64,000 bases of DNA from an uncultured Bacteroidota bacterium (GCA_963730425.1 CAVSRV010000011.1:240092-304091), one strand, 5' to 3'; positions 1 through 9,338 are shown, counted from the first letter of the stretch. Notes: generated by a model from the letters alone, not told the origin. A program made the numbers and translations.

Positions 1-399
1 GGATCTGTCCTTACTATATACGATCATCCATGGCCAGGGCTGACGCCGGACCTGCTCAGTGTGATGCTCGTCGTTGCCACACAGGCAAAAGGAAGTGTAC
101 TCATTCATCAGAAAATGTTTGAGAGCCGACTTTTTTTTGTTGACAAATTACTTGATATGGGCGCACAGATCATTTTATGCGACCCACATCGGGCAGCAGT
201 GATCGGTTTGGGCAGGATGCATAAACTACGTGGGGTTACTATGAGCAGTCCCGATATACGCGCCGGCGTATCCCTGCTGATCGCTGCTATGAGTGCAGAA
301 GGAAAAAGCGTAATACAGAATATCGATCAGATCGACAGGGGTTATCAGTATATTGACGAACGACTCAATCGCCTGGGGGCCTCGATTAAAAGAATATAA
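1..399 (+). CDS. murA: UDP-N-acetylglucosamine 1-carboxyvinyltransferase, 3' part (5'-truncated by window)
   Basis: Frame open from base 1. Contains [35 protein letters not shown] and [12 protein letters not shown], typical of the Bacteroidota MurA C-terminus. Confidence 0.93.
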   Translation, partial: GSVLTIYDHPWPGLTPDLLSVMLVVATQAKGSVLIHQKMFESRLFFVDKLLDMGAQIILCDPHRAAVIGLGRMHKLRGVTMSSPDIRAGVSLLIAAMSAEGKSVIQNIDQIDRGYQYIDERLNRLGASIKRI

Positions 400-408
400 A
401 TATTACTG

Positions 409-999
409 ATGCTGATCATTATTACTGCTCCTTCCGGCGCCGGGAAAACTTCCATTACCAGGTATCTTCTCGAGCATTTCCCTCAACTGGCATTTTCAGT
501 GTCGGCTGCTACAAGAGCCCAGCGTCTGGATGAAGTAAATGGAGTGGATTATTATTTTATGACATTGGAAGAATTTCAGCATAAAATTCAAAACCAGGAA
601 TTTGTAGAATGGGAAATGGTTTATGAAGGCCGGTATTATGGCACATTAAAGTCTGAGCTGAAGAGAATCAGGGCCATTAAAAAGGTTGCGATACTGGACA
701 TTGACGTAAAAGGCGCCATACACGTGCAGGAACAATATCCCAACCAGAGCCTGTCCATTTTTGTCCAGCCTCCTTCAATAGAGGAACTCAAGCGACGGCT
801 CGAATACAGGGCCACCGAATCTCCTGAAGCTTTGCAGGACAGGCTTAATAAAGCTGCTTACGAAATTTCGTTCAGACATCACTTCAACAATATCATCGTA
901 AACGACAGCCTGCAAATAGCCTGCGAGGAAGCGCGGCTTGTGGTTGCGGATTTTCTAAAGAGGCAGGGACTTTTGCCTGTGGAAAGGCTTGGGGAATAA
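409..999 (+). CDS. gmk: Guanylate kinase
   Basis: P-loop APSGAGKT, SVSAATR, EVNGVDYYF and YYGT motifs. Confidence 0.96.
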   Translation: MLIIITAPSGAGKTSITRYLLEHFPQLAFSVSAATRAQRLDEVNGVDYYFMTLEEFQHKIQNQEFVEWEMVYEGRYYGTLKSELKRIRAIKKVAILDIDVKGAIHVQEQYPNQSLSIFVQPPSIEELKRRLEYRATESPEALQDRLNKAAYEISFRHHFNNIIVNDSLQIACEEARLVVADFLKRQGLLPVERLGE

Positions 1000-1123
1000 G
1001 ATATGGGTTATGAGATATGAGTTATGAGATATGAGGGAGATAAGTTTTTGGTTAAAGACAATTAATCGGTTCGTCTAAGATCCATAACCCATATCTCATA
1101 ACTCATATCTCATAACCTATAAC
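1000..1123. repeat. Inverted pair of tandem heptamer arrays (element A; GATATGA/GTTATGA units)
   Basis: Left units gatatgg gttatga gatatga gttatga gatatga (1000-1034); right units ccataac ccatatc tcataac tcatatc tcataac ctataac (1082-1123). Perfect 28-bp inverted repeat 1006-1033 / 1090-1117. Confidence 0.95.
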
Positions 1124-1190
1124 TCCGTCTCGCAAAGTTTTACCCTTTAAGCTTTCGGCATTCGGCCTTTCCACCTAAATTCGTATTTGC

Positions 1191-2468
1191 ATGATCAATA
1201 CCAATACCCTGATCTGGATCATTATAGCGTGGCTGATGATCATCTTTTTTGCGGGCATAGAGATCGCGTTTGCCAATGCGAACCGGTTAACTATTGAAAT
1301 AAGAAAGAAACAGGGACTTAAGCGTAGTATCCTGCTTTCGGGATTTCTGGATACCCCCAGCAAGTTTATCAGCGCACTATTGATTGGATTTAACCTTTTC
1401 CTGGTCATTTTCGGTTTGCTGGTAGGTGAGACGCTCTCGCCTTTATGGGAATTTATTATCAGAAAAACAGTTGTACCTCAGGCCTGGGTTGATATTTTTC
1501 GACTGATGTTTGAGACCCTTACGTCGACACTATTTATACTTTTTTTCGGGGAACTGATACCCAAAGCATTTTTTCGCGCAAAAAGCGATAGTCTGCTTGA
1601 TTTTTTCGCATCTGTGAGTAATTTCTTCTATAACTTATTTTACCCTGTATCTGTTTTTTTTACACGAATTTCAGAATGGATATTGAAGTATGTTTTCAAT
1701 GTGCGTATCGATGAGCGTAAAGATCTGTTTGCGAAGGCAGACCTTAGTAATTTTTTCCAACAGACCGGAGAAACGGATGAATCACAGCCTGAATTAAATA
1801 CGGATCTCTTTGAAGCAGCGCTCTCTTTGCCTAAAGTCAAAGTACGCGAGTGCCTGATACCCCGAAAAGAAATTGAAGGAGTTGATATCCGCATGAATAT
1901 TGATGATGCGCGAAAAAAATTCATGAACAGTAAGCTGAGTAAGCTGGTAGTTTATGATGGCAATATCGATCATGTAATGGGGTATATTCACCAGTTGGAC
2001 TTGTTCAAAGCGCCGGCATTCATCCGGGATATTCTATTGCCAATTCCCGCCGTGCCGGAAAGTATGAGTGCGATTGACCTGATCAGTAAGTTCAGCAGGG
2101 ACAGGAAAAGTATCGCCTGGGTTGTAGATGAATTTGGAGGAACCGCTGGTATCGTAACTATGGAGGATCTGCTCGAAGAGATTTTTGGTGAAATCCGTGA
2201 TGAGTACGATACAGAAGAATTTGAGGAAAAGAAATTATCGAACGAGGAATTTATTTTTGCGGGAAGACTCGAACTGGATTATCTCAATGAGAAATATGAA
2301 ATGGATTTTCCTGAGAATGAGTCAGAAACTCTATCCGGCTTCATTATTAACCGCCATGAAGCTATTCCCCGCTTAAAAGAGCATATCATAATTGACGATT
2401 ATGAATTTGAAATTCTCAGCGTCAGCGATACCCGTATCGAGATGGTAAAAATGAAACTCCTGAAATAA
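1191..2468 (+). CDS. Hemolysin/HlyC-CorC family protein (CNNM + CBS pair + CorC domain)
   Basis: FFAGIEIAF, LFFGELIPK, VVDEFGGTAGIVTMED and ETLSGFI motifs. Confidence 0.92.
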   Translation: MINTNTLIWIIIAWLMIIFFAGIEIAFANANRLTIEIRKKQGLKRSILLSGFLDTPSKFISALLIGFNLFLVIFGLLVGETLSPLWEFIIRKTVVPQAWVDIFRLMFETLTSTLFILFFGELIPKAFFRAKSDSLLDFFASVSNFFYNLFYPVSVFFTRISEWILKYVFNVRIDERKDLFAKADLSNFFQQTGETDESQPELNTDLFEAALSLPKVKVRECLIPRKEIEGVDIRMNIDDARKKFMNSKLSKLVVYDGNIDHVMGYIHQLDLFKAPAFIRDILLPIPAVPESMSAIDLISKFSRDRKSIAWVVDEFGGTAGIVTMEDLLEEIFGEIRDEYDTEEFEEKKLSNEEFIFAGRLELDYLNEKYEMDFPENESETLSGFIINRHEAIPRLKEHIIIDDYEFEILSVSDTRIEMVKMKLLK

Positions 2469-2577
2469 GCCTAAAGCCCAAAGCTTAAGGCCTGTTTAAT
2501 ATTTAATTCTAACTTTTTAAGGTAAGTGGAAATCTAAAAAGAAGTTTTAGGCTTTAGGCTTTAAGCTTTTAGCTTAG
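2469..2577. repeat. Imperfect inverted pair of heptamer arrays (element B; GCCTAAA / TTTAGGC units)
   Basis: gcctaaa gcccaaa gcttaag directly after the stop at 2468; gttttag gctttag gctttaa gctttta gcttagg at 2544-2578. Confidence 0.75.
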
Positions 2578-2597
2578 GTATTAAGTTCAATTCAATT

Positions 2598-2605
2598 TAC
2601 CTTTG
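2598..2605 (+). promoter_or_regulatory. Bacteroidota sigma70 -7 element upstream of tatC
   Basis: TACCTTTG matches TAnnTTTG, 32 nt before the ATG. Confidence 0.6.
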
Positions 2606-2637
2606 CGACTCCCGAACACACGGCAATACCGAGAATT

Positions 2638-3486
2638 ATGGCTTTAAACTTTTTTAAGAGGAACCCGGACCAGGCAGAAATGTCATTTATCGAACATCTT
2701 GAAGCTTTGCGCTGGCATATCGTCCGTTCCGTTCTTGCGATCGTGGTGCTGGCCATATTCGCTTTTATAAAGATTAATTGGATATTTGAAAATATTATCA
2801 TGGGACCACTTAAACAGGATTTCCTGTCTGTTGTGGGACTTTGTAACCTGAGCCATTTTTTGCACATTGGCGACACACTCTGTTTACCTATTACCAAAGT
2901 TCAACTGCAAACAACAGCATTTGGATCCCAGTTTATCTCGAGCATAACTATTGCGTGTGTCTGTGGTTTTATTGTTGCCTTTCCTTATATATTCTGGGAA
3001 TTCTGGCGGTTTGTAAAACCAGCCCTTTCTCCTAAGGAAATTAAAAGTACCCGTGGTTCGATATTTTTTGTAACCCTGTTCTTCATGTTGGGGATTGCTT
3101 TTGGATATTTTCTGCTCGCCCCATTTACATTTAGTTTCCTTAACAACTATAAACTAGACATAAGCGGGATGCTTATTACAAGGCCAACACTGGACGACTA
3201 TCTCGATAATCTGCTGGATATTCTGATTGGGTCAGGAATCGCATTCCAGTTGCCGCTCATTAGTTATGTGCTTACTCATATCGGACTGATTACTCCAAAT
3301 TTTCTTAGGGAATACAGGAAATATGCATATGTCGCCATATTATTTGTTGCCGCAATAATTACTCCATCACCCGATTGGATGAGCCAGACGATAGTAGCTA
3401 CACCGCTGATCATCCTTTACGAAATCAGTATCCGTATTTCCGTTCGTGTTGAAAAACAAATTAAGAAGAGGGATGAGGAATTTTAA
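2638..3486 (+). CDS. tatC: Twin-arginine translocase subunit TatC
   Basis: MSFIEHLEALRWHI, FWRFVKPAL, FQLP and AAIITPSPD motifs. Confidence 0.96.
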   Translation: MALNFFKRNPDQAEMSFIEHLEALRWHIVRSVLAIVVLAIFAFIKINWIFENIIMGPLKQDFLSVVGLCNLSHFLHIGDTLCLPITKVQLQTTAFGSQFISSITIACVCGFIVAFPYIFWEFWRFVKPALSPKEIKSTRGSIFFVTLFFMLGIAFGYFLLAPFTFSFLNNYKLDISGMLITRPTLDDYLDNLLDILIGSGIAFQLPLISYVLTHIGLITPNFLREYRKYAYVAILFVAAIITPSPDWMSQTIVATPLIILYEISIRISVRVEKQIKKRDEEF

Positions 3487-3511
3487 GCAATGCTTAAAAT
3501 TCTAGTATGGG

Positions 3512-3653
3512 GTAAGGCAAGTATGGGAGTATGGGAGTATGGGAGTATGAAAACTATATGATTCGATTTGCTGATCAATTATCAATAATAAAGACTTAAA
3601 GCGTTTGGTAATGATTTCATTCCCATACTCCCATACTCCCATACTTGCCTTAC
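3512..3653. repeat. Inverted pair of tandem 8-mer arrays (element C; GGGAGTAT units) between convergent tatC and adk
   Basis: Perfect 33-bp inverted repeat gtaaggcaagtatgggagtatgggagtatggga, 3512-3544 / 3621-3653, with a 76-bp spacer. The right arm includes the adk stop codon. Confidence 0.95.
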
Positions 3654-4225
3654 TGCCTGCTTTCTATCTCTTCCATAAGTTTACCGAAGATTTCATTGAC
3701 TGATCCTTCGCCGGGGATATAAACTACTTTGTTGTACTTTTTATAGTGATCTGCAACAGCTGCTGTCTTCCGTTCATACTCTTCAATTCTTGACCCGATA
3801 ACCGACTCATTTACATCATCCGTGCGCCCGGAAGTGAGTCCGCGGTTCAATAATCTTTTGATAAGCTCAGATTTTGAAACCTGAAGGGCCAACACAACAT
3901 TTATTGACATATTTTTTTCGGCGAGCAGGGCATCCAGGGCTTCAGCCTGTGCATTCGTGCGGGGAAATCCATCAAAAAGAAATCCATTTACTCCGGGATT
4001 GTCTTCAAGTGCCTTCCGAATCATACCGATTACTACAGCGTCAGGAACAAGCACACCCTGGTCCATCAGATTCTTGGCCTCCAAACCCAGTGCAGTCCCG
4101 TTCCTGATCTCATTTCGGAGAATATCGCCTGTGCTTAAGTGCTTGAACCCATAAAGGGCAATCAGTTTCTCTGATTGGGTTCCTTTCCCACTTCCAGGCG
4201 GACCAAAAAGAATCAGGTTAAACAT
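3650..4225 (-). CDS. adk: Adenylate kinase
   Basis: GPPGSGKGTQ, HLSTGDILR, LFDGFPRT and GRTDD (short LID). Start chosen at MFNLILFG. Confidence 0.96.
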   Translation of the reverse strand: MFNLILFGPPGSGKGTQSEKLIALYGFKHLSTGDILRNEIRNGTALGLEAKNLMDQGVLVPDAVVIGMIRKALEDNPGVNGFLFDGFPRTNAQAEALDALLAEKNMSINVVLALQVSKSELIKRLLNRGLTSGRTDDVNESVIGSRIEEYERKTAAVADHYKKYNKVVYIPGEGSVNEIFGKLMEEIESRQ

Positions 4226-4266
4226 TGCTACCAGGTTAATCATTGTGAACCACCCTTAGGTATTGA

Positions 4267-4274
4267 CAAATATA
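4267..4274 (-). promoter_or_regulatory. -7 promoter element for adk
   Basis: Reverse strand reads TATATTTG. Confidence 0.5.
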
Positions 4275-4412
4275 GTGTACGCTTCTTGTAATTCCTTTAA
4301 CAAATGGGCTAATTGACCTGCCAAAAACGGGGAGATAAATACAAACTTTGTAATAAAATGCAAATTCCCGGAGATGTCAAGGAAATGACAAACTGAACGA
4401 ACCGCAACTGCG

Positions 4413-4420
4413 TAGATTTG
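4413..4420 (+). promoter_or_regulatory. -7 promoter element for msrB
   Basis: TAGATTTG, 16 nt before the ATG. Confidence 0.55.
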
Positions 4421-4436
4421 TTATATAAACCAGGCA

Positions 4437-4982
4437 ATGAACAGATATATTAAAACATCCGGAATATTAATGCTTGCTTTTTTATTTCAGCAATGCTATT
4501 CCCAATCAAATAAAAGTAAAAACACCACTATGGATAAAAACCAGGTTCAGCCAGATTCGTCACTGGTAAACAGGACGGATGAAGAATGGCAGAAAATTCT
4601 TCCAGCAGACGTTTTTTATGTAGCCAGGCAGAAAGGCACCGAAAGACCCTTTACAAGCAAGTTTGAACATTCTAAGGATATAGGAATCTACTATTGTGCA
4701 GTTTGTGGTAATCCTTTATTCCGAAGTGATACCAAATTTGAAAGTGGCTGCGGTTGGCCCAGCTTTTATGAGCCGATAAGCAAGACCAGTATTATTTACC
4801 TGAAGGATAATTCTTTGGGCATGGAAAGAACGGAGGTGGAATGTGGAAGATGCAAATCTCATCTTGGACATGTATTTGATGATGGACCGCCACCAACCGG
4901 TCTTAGATATTGCATAAATGGTGTAGTGCTGGATTTCAAGAAAGCACAGGACGCTCAGAAAAAGTACGAAGCAAATAAATAA
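4437..4982 (+). CDS. msrB: Peptide-methionine (R)-S-oxide reductase MsrB with N-terminal signal peptide
   Basis: GTERPF, CxxC, KFESGCGWPSF, HLGHVFDDGP and RYCIN motifs; hydrophobic N-terminus. Confidence 0.95.
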   Translation: MNRYIKTSGILMLAFLFQQCYSQSNKSKNTTMDKNQVQPDSSLVNRTDEEWQKILPADVFYVARQKGTERPFTSKFEHSKDIGIYYCAVCGNPLFRSDTKFESGCGWPSFYEPISKTSIIYLKDNSLGMERTEVECGRCKSHLGHVFDDGPPPTGLRYCINGVVLDFKKAQDAQKKYEANK

Positions 4983-5003
4983 TAATCCAAAGAACTCCTT
5001 GAA

Positions 5004-5040
5004 AAAGATGCCCTTCGGAAATATTCTGAAGGGCATCTTT
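5004..5040 (+). terminator. Hairpin, probable intrinsic terminator of msrB
   Basis: 13-bp perfect stem aaagatgcccttc / gaagggcatcttt, about 20 nt after the stop. Confidence 0.75.
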
Positions 5041-5314
5041 CTTACCAGTAAGCCTCACGATTTAGGCACCGGTTCTTAAGCTTTAAAAATCCACGTTAAA
5101 CGTAATATCCTCATCTTTACCTACAACCGTTCTATCCTCCTGCCGGTACAGGTCCCAAATTTTTATTTAACAGGTGCTTGTATTATAATGGAGGATGGGC
5201 TATTTTAGTGACTCAATTCATTGAAAATTATAGGGCTAGCCGATTATCCGCAGGAAAATAATGATCAATTCTTAAAATCCTCTTCCAGAAAGTTTAACTA
5301 TACCCTTCAAGATT

Positions 5315-6037
5315 ATGGATTCATTTAAGACGCTTTCCATTATTATTCCTGCTTACAACGAGGCAAAAACAATTCAATTTATACTGGACCGTATCTACGC
5401 GGTGAATTTGATTCATAACTTACAAAAAGAGGTCATTCTGGTAAATGATTGTTCCACTGATGGCACGGAAGAAGTGTTACTAAATTATAGGACCACTCAT
5501 CCTGAAATGAATATACAGTATTATAAACATGAGGTAAATCAGGGCAAGGGCGCCGCAATCCATACAGGAATCAAAAAAGCTAAAGGCGAATACCTCGTTA
5601 TTCAGGATGCGGATCTGGAATATGATCCTGAGGAATTCAATGAACTTCTTAAACCTGTCATAAGGGGTTCCGCCGATGTTGTATTTGGTTCCAGGTTTCT
5701 GGGCGGAAACCCTCATCGGATACTGTTTTACTGGCATTCCATTGGCAACAAGGTTTTAACGAGACTAAGCAATATGCTAACAAATCTTAACCTTTCTGAT
5801 ATGGAGACCTGCTATAAGTTATGTAAGACCCAAATCATTCAAAATATTGAATTAAAAGAAAAACGATTTGGGTTTGAGCCAGAGATCACGGCCAAGCTGG
5901 CGCGTATACCAGAAATCCGCATTTACGAAGTTGGGATTTCATATTATGGCCGAACTTATCAGGAGGGGAAAAAAATAGGTTGGAAAGATGGATTCCGCGC
6001 AATCTATTGCATTCTCAAGTACAATTTATTCCGCTGA
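5315..6037 (+). CDS. GT2 glycosyltransferase, polyprenol-phosphate glycosyltransferase (DPM1-like)
   Basis: IIIPAYNE, VNDCSTDGT, NQGKG, IQDADLEYDP, DMETCYK and RFGFEPE motifs. Confidence 0.92.
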   Translation: MDSFKTLSIIIPAYNEAKTIQFILDRIYAVNLIHNLQKEVILVNDCSTDGTEEVLLNYRTTHPEMNIQYYKHEVNQGKGAAIHTGIKKAKGEYLVIQDADLEYDPEEFNELLKPVIRGSADVVFGSRFLGGNPHRILFYWHSIGNKVLTRLSNMLTNLNLSDMETCYKLCKTQIIQNIELKEKRFGFEPEITAKLARIPEIRIYEVGISYYGRTYQEGKKIGWKDGFRAIYCILKYNLFR

Positions 6038-6768
6038 TGTCACGACATACGCAATCGGATCCCTCCGGTTTCGAAACACTTGAAGCTTTTTCAGAAGCTG
6101 GTGCATTCAATCGCTGGCTTTACCAAAAAATTGTTGGATATGTGCAGGGGAATACACTCGAAACCGGAAGTGGTATTGGTAATATTTCAACGTTTTTATT
6201 AAAAGACCTGAAAGATGTTTCATTAAGTGATCTTCGTCCTGAATATTGCCGCCTGTTACGAAATAAATTCAGTTATAACAATCATCTTAAAGGCGTTTAT
6301 GAACTGGATTTGTCTTTGGAAGATTTTAATTCTAAATATTCTGAGCTGATAGAAAGATTTGATACGGTTATTGCTTTGAATGTGATAGAACATATTACAG
6401 ACGATTTGCTCGCTATTCAAAATGCAAAAGCACTTCTGAGAAAAAACGGCAAACTGGTCATACTTGTTCCGGCAGGCCAGTGGTTATACAATTCTATTGA
6501 CCACGAGCTTGGACACATTAAAAGATATTCAAAATCCGCATTAAATGAATTAATGGAATCAGCAGGACTGGTTGTTGCAGATTGCCGGTATTTTAATGCT
6601 GCTGCTATTTTAGGATGGTGGGTTTCTGGTAGTATTTTGCGGGAGAAATCTATATCCTCTTTCAAATTGAATATTTATAATCGTATGATTCCTTTGTTCA
6701 AAATCATGGATTGGTTTGTTTCGCCGTTTACAGGTATATCTGTTATTTCTGTTGGCCTCAAAAAATAA
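6037..6768 (+). CDS. Class I SAM-dependent methyltransferase
   Basis: LETGSGIG motif I, FDTVIALNVIEH, LVPA and DHELGHIKRY. ATG overlaps the TGA of the GT2 gene. Confidence 0.88.
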   Translation: MSRHTQSDPSGFETLEAFSEAGAFNRWLYQKIVGYVQGNTLETGSGIGNISTFLLKDLKDVSLSDLRPEYCRLLRNKFSYNNHLKGVYELDLSLEDFNSKYSELIERFDTVIALNVIEHITDDLLAIQNAKALLRKNGKLVILVPAGQWLYNSIDHELGHIKRYSKSALNELMESAGLVVADCRYFNAAAILGWWVSGSILREKSISSFKLNIYNRMIPLFKIMDWFVSPFTGISVISVGLKK

Positions 6769-8058
6769 ATGGAGCACATGTTAACGACCACAGCAAATTT
6801 ACTCCCGGGCGAAAAACAGGCACGGTTCCTGAAATGGGCTGTTTATTTTTTGAGCTTTCTGTTTTTTTTAAATTGTTTTACGCCGCTCAGACTTCACTAT
6901 GATATGCTGCGCTATTTTGCTATTAAGGATTGCATTGAATTAAGATGCCCTCCCGGTGCGGATCCAAACGACTACCTTCCTTTCGGTTATACTGCTTTAC
7001 TGTTGCTGCTTTCAAAAATAGGTTTGCTGAAATCTTTTAGTATTGTGTTTGTCAATTGCCTCTATCTACTGGGCGGCTTGTTCTTTGTAAAAAAAATATT
7101 TACTCATGTCCGCTCTCCTTACTTCATTTTTTTCCTCGTGCTGCTCAATTGGACGGTCATCAAATTTGTGACTCATCCATTATCTGAAATGCAATATTTA
7201 TTTTTTTCTATAGCGGCCGTCTTTACATTTTATAAATTCATTTTACATAAAAATATTCGGGATCTCCTGTTAGCTTTTTTATTGGCTGGTCTGGCATTTC
7301 TGACACGATCAGTAGGTATTACATTGATCGCCGCTTTTATAGTTTCCCTTATTTGGGAATTCAGAAAGCAACTTCTCGAAATCATCAGGGGGAAATGGGC
7401 ATTGTTGGTTGCTATCTTGCTCTGTATTGGTCTCGTGCTTTATTTTTCCAGACAACTTGGTTTGAATCACTACACAGGGGTCTTATCAAAACAGTTTAAC
7501 GAGGGCCTTCCATTTTCAAATGTGATAGGATGGCATTTTTCGGAATGGGGAGAAATTTTCCTGAATACTTCCAGATTCAAAGTAATTAGCCACATGCCTT
7601 CAAATCTTGGGGACTTGTTATTTACAATTTTAGGAATTCTCGGAATAGCCGGATTTATTTATATCTGTTTTATAAAGAAAAACAGGATTCCGTTTATCGT
7701 GAAGTCGTATCTTTTTTTCTATATGTTTCTTATGTTTAACTGGCCCTTTCAGGACCCCCGATTCTGGGTGCCGGTTGTACCTCTGATCGCCGCTGTTATT
7801 AGTCAGCATTCATTTTCAAAAAATAGGATAATCTCACTTGCCCTGATTCTATGGTTAATAATTTATTCTACCCTGGGTCTCGTTTCAGTTGGGTATATGA
7901 CATACACCTCGTTTAATAAGGAAGAACTTTCAAAAACGCAGGCAAAGGGTGTATACCGCAACGAATATGAAACCCATTTTTTTGGCAAACCATTATCAGA
8001 TACTGTTACCCGCGTCGATCTTTACCTGGTAGATTTCTTAAACAGATATGACAAGTAG
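6769..8058 (+). CDS. Polytopic membrane protein, probable GT-C fold glycosyltransferase (PMT/ArnT-like)
   Basis: About 11-12 hydrophobic segments; PFGYTALL, LSEMQY, LTRSVG and DPRFWVP motifs; abuts the GT2-methyltransferase pair. Confidence 0.65.
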   Translation: MEHMLTTTANLLPGEKQARFLKWAVYFLSFLFFLNCFTPLRLHYDMLRYFAIKDCIELRCPPGADPNDYLPFGYTALLLLLSKIGLLKSFSIVFVNCLYLLGGLFFVKKIFTHVRSPYFIFFLVLLNWTVIKFVTHPLSEMQYLFFSIAAVFTFYKFILHKNIRDLLLAFLLAGLAFLTRSVGITLIAAFIVSLIWEFRKQLLEIIRGKWALLVAILLCIGLVLYFSRQLGLNHYTGVLSKQFNEGLPFSNVIGWHFSEWGEIFLNTSRFKVISHMPSNLGDLLFTILGILGIAGFIYICFIKKNRIPFIVKSYLFFYMFLMFNWPFQDPRFWVPVVPLIAAVISQHSFSKNRIISLALILWLIIYSTLGLVSVGYMTYTSFNKEELSKTQAKGVYRNEYETHFFGKPLSDTVTRVDLYLVDFLNRYDK

Positions 8059-8565
8059 TTAGTTTTTATTGGCCAGCACCTGTTGCACCTGGGCGTAGGA
8101 CATGGCCTTCAGTTGCTGGGTTGTATAACCGTTTACCTTTCGGTTTGCACTGTTTCCCGCTGCTTTAGAGCCCGGTATGGTAACGTATCGATATTGTAAA
8201 TTGGTCAGGTCCTGAGTTGAAATTATATTTATCTGCCCAATTGAATAATCTTCTGAAATAATATAATTAAGTGAAGAAACAGGTTGAATATGGCTAACAT
8301 TATTTGCATCAGGAAACTGTATATAGGTTAAAATGATGCCACTGTCCAGTATGCCCTCAGTTATGGTTGGCGCTGAAAGAGTATCCTCAAAAAGACTGTC
8401 ATTCGCATTATATGTAAACTGAAGTGCGATCCAGTTCGAATAAACTACACTGTCTGGTCCTGCAGGTCCCTGAGGTCCGGCTGGTCCTGTAGTTCCTTTA
8501 CTACAACTACTCAAACCAATTACTATAATTGTGGCTGCACAAAGGAGACTTCTGAACTGTTTCAT
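8059..8565 (-). CDS. Lipoprotein with short collagen-like (GXY)5 repeat
   Basis: Lipobox LSSC followed by GTT-GPA-GPQ-GPA-GPD and VVYSNW. Confidence 0.75.
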   Translation of the reverse strand: MKQFRSLLCAATIIVIGLSSCSKGTTGPAGPQGPAGPDSVVYSNWIALQFTYNANDSLFEDTLSAPTITEGILDSGIILTYIQFPDANNVSHIQPVSSLNYIISEDYSIGQINIISTQDLTNLQYRYVTIPGSKAAGNSANRKVNGYTTQQLKAMSYAQVQQVLANKN

Positions 8566-8708
8566 CTTAATTTATTTAATATATGAATGAATGAACGGGT
8601 AAAGATGCAATATAATTTATTTCTTTTAATGGGTGCTTCTTTGCAACCCCTTTTCCTGAATACGGAAAACAGGATTAGAGGTTGCTTTTATATTGTTTAG
8701 CCGGTGTA

Positions 8709-9320
8709 TTATGATGTATCCTTATGGTGCCACAAATGCAGGCATGCATATGTCCGGTAGGGGGACCATCTTGCCGAAATCTGCAACATTTCTTCTCTCA
8801 ATTTTTTTTTGTCGGCCTTATTGAGTCTATAAACTTTGATCATTGCCTGTTGTATACCCAAATCATCAGCAGCAAATACATCTTCCCGTCCAAGTGTAAA
8901 CATGAGCAGCATTTCAGCCGTCCACCTTCCGACACCTTTTATCCGGGTCAGATACTCAATGACTTCTTCATTATTCATCTTACCCAATACTTTGTGATCC
9001 AGGCCAGATTCCATAGTGAATCGTGCCACATTATGCATGTAGTTCGCCTTTGCTCCGGAAAGTCCAATGGAGCGGAGCGTTTCATGTGAAGTAGCCAGAA
9101 TCAGCTCCGGACTGGGTTTCCCCTGATATAAATTCAAAAAGCGTTTACGTATTGTGGCCGCAACTTTTGTAGAAAGTTGTTGTCCGAGGATTGAATAACA
9201 TAAATAAAGGGTGATATCACGACGCTTGGAAAGGCTCATGGTTTTCTGACCTTTTAACAATCGTGCAAATTTTTTATCCTTTGAGAGATGTAAAAGATAA
9301 GGTGAATATGTCTGTGACAT
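8709..9320 (-). CDS. alkA: DNA-3-methyladenine glycosylase, AlkA/HhH-GPD family
   Basis: ILGQQLST, IGLSGAK, IKGVGRWTAEM, DDLG and WSPYRTYA motifs. Confidence 0.9.
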   Translation of the reverse strand: MSQTYSPYLLHLSKDKKFARLLKGQKTMSLSKRRDITLYLCYSILGQQLSTKVAATIRKRFLNLYQGKPSPELILATSHETLRSIGLSGAKANYMHNVARFTMESGLDHKVLGKMNNEEVIEYLTRIKGVGRWTAEMLLMFTLGREDVFAADDLGIQQAMIKVYRLNKADKKKLREEMLQISARWSPYRTYACLHLWHHKDTS

Positions 9321-9338
9321 CAGCGCAAATTAATGCGT

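Noticed and set aside
3545-3590. Spacer of element C as a collapsed four-helix-bundle gene (reads MKTI*FDLLINYQ*)
   Set aside because: The resemblance to the family's INYL C-terminus is only 3-4 residues in AT-rich DNA and is compatible with chance.
5041-5314. tRNA, riboswitch or small ORF in the gap before the GT2 operon
   Set aside because: No cloverleaf or T-loop motif, no recognisable riboswitch core and no convincing ORF.
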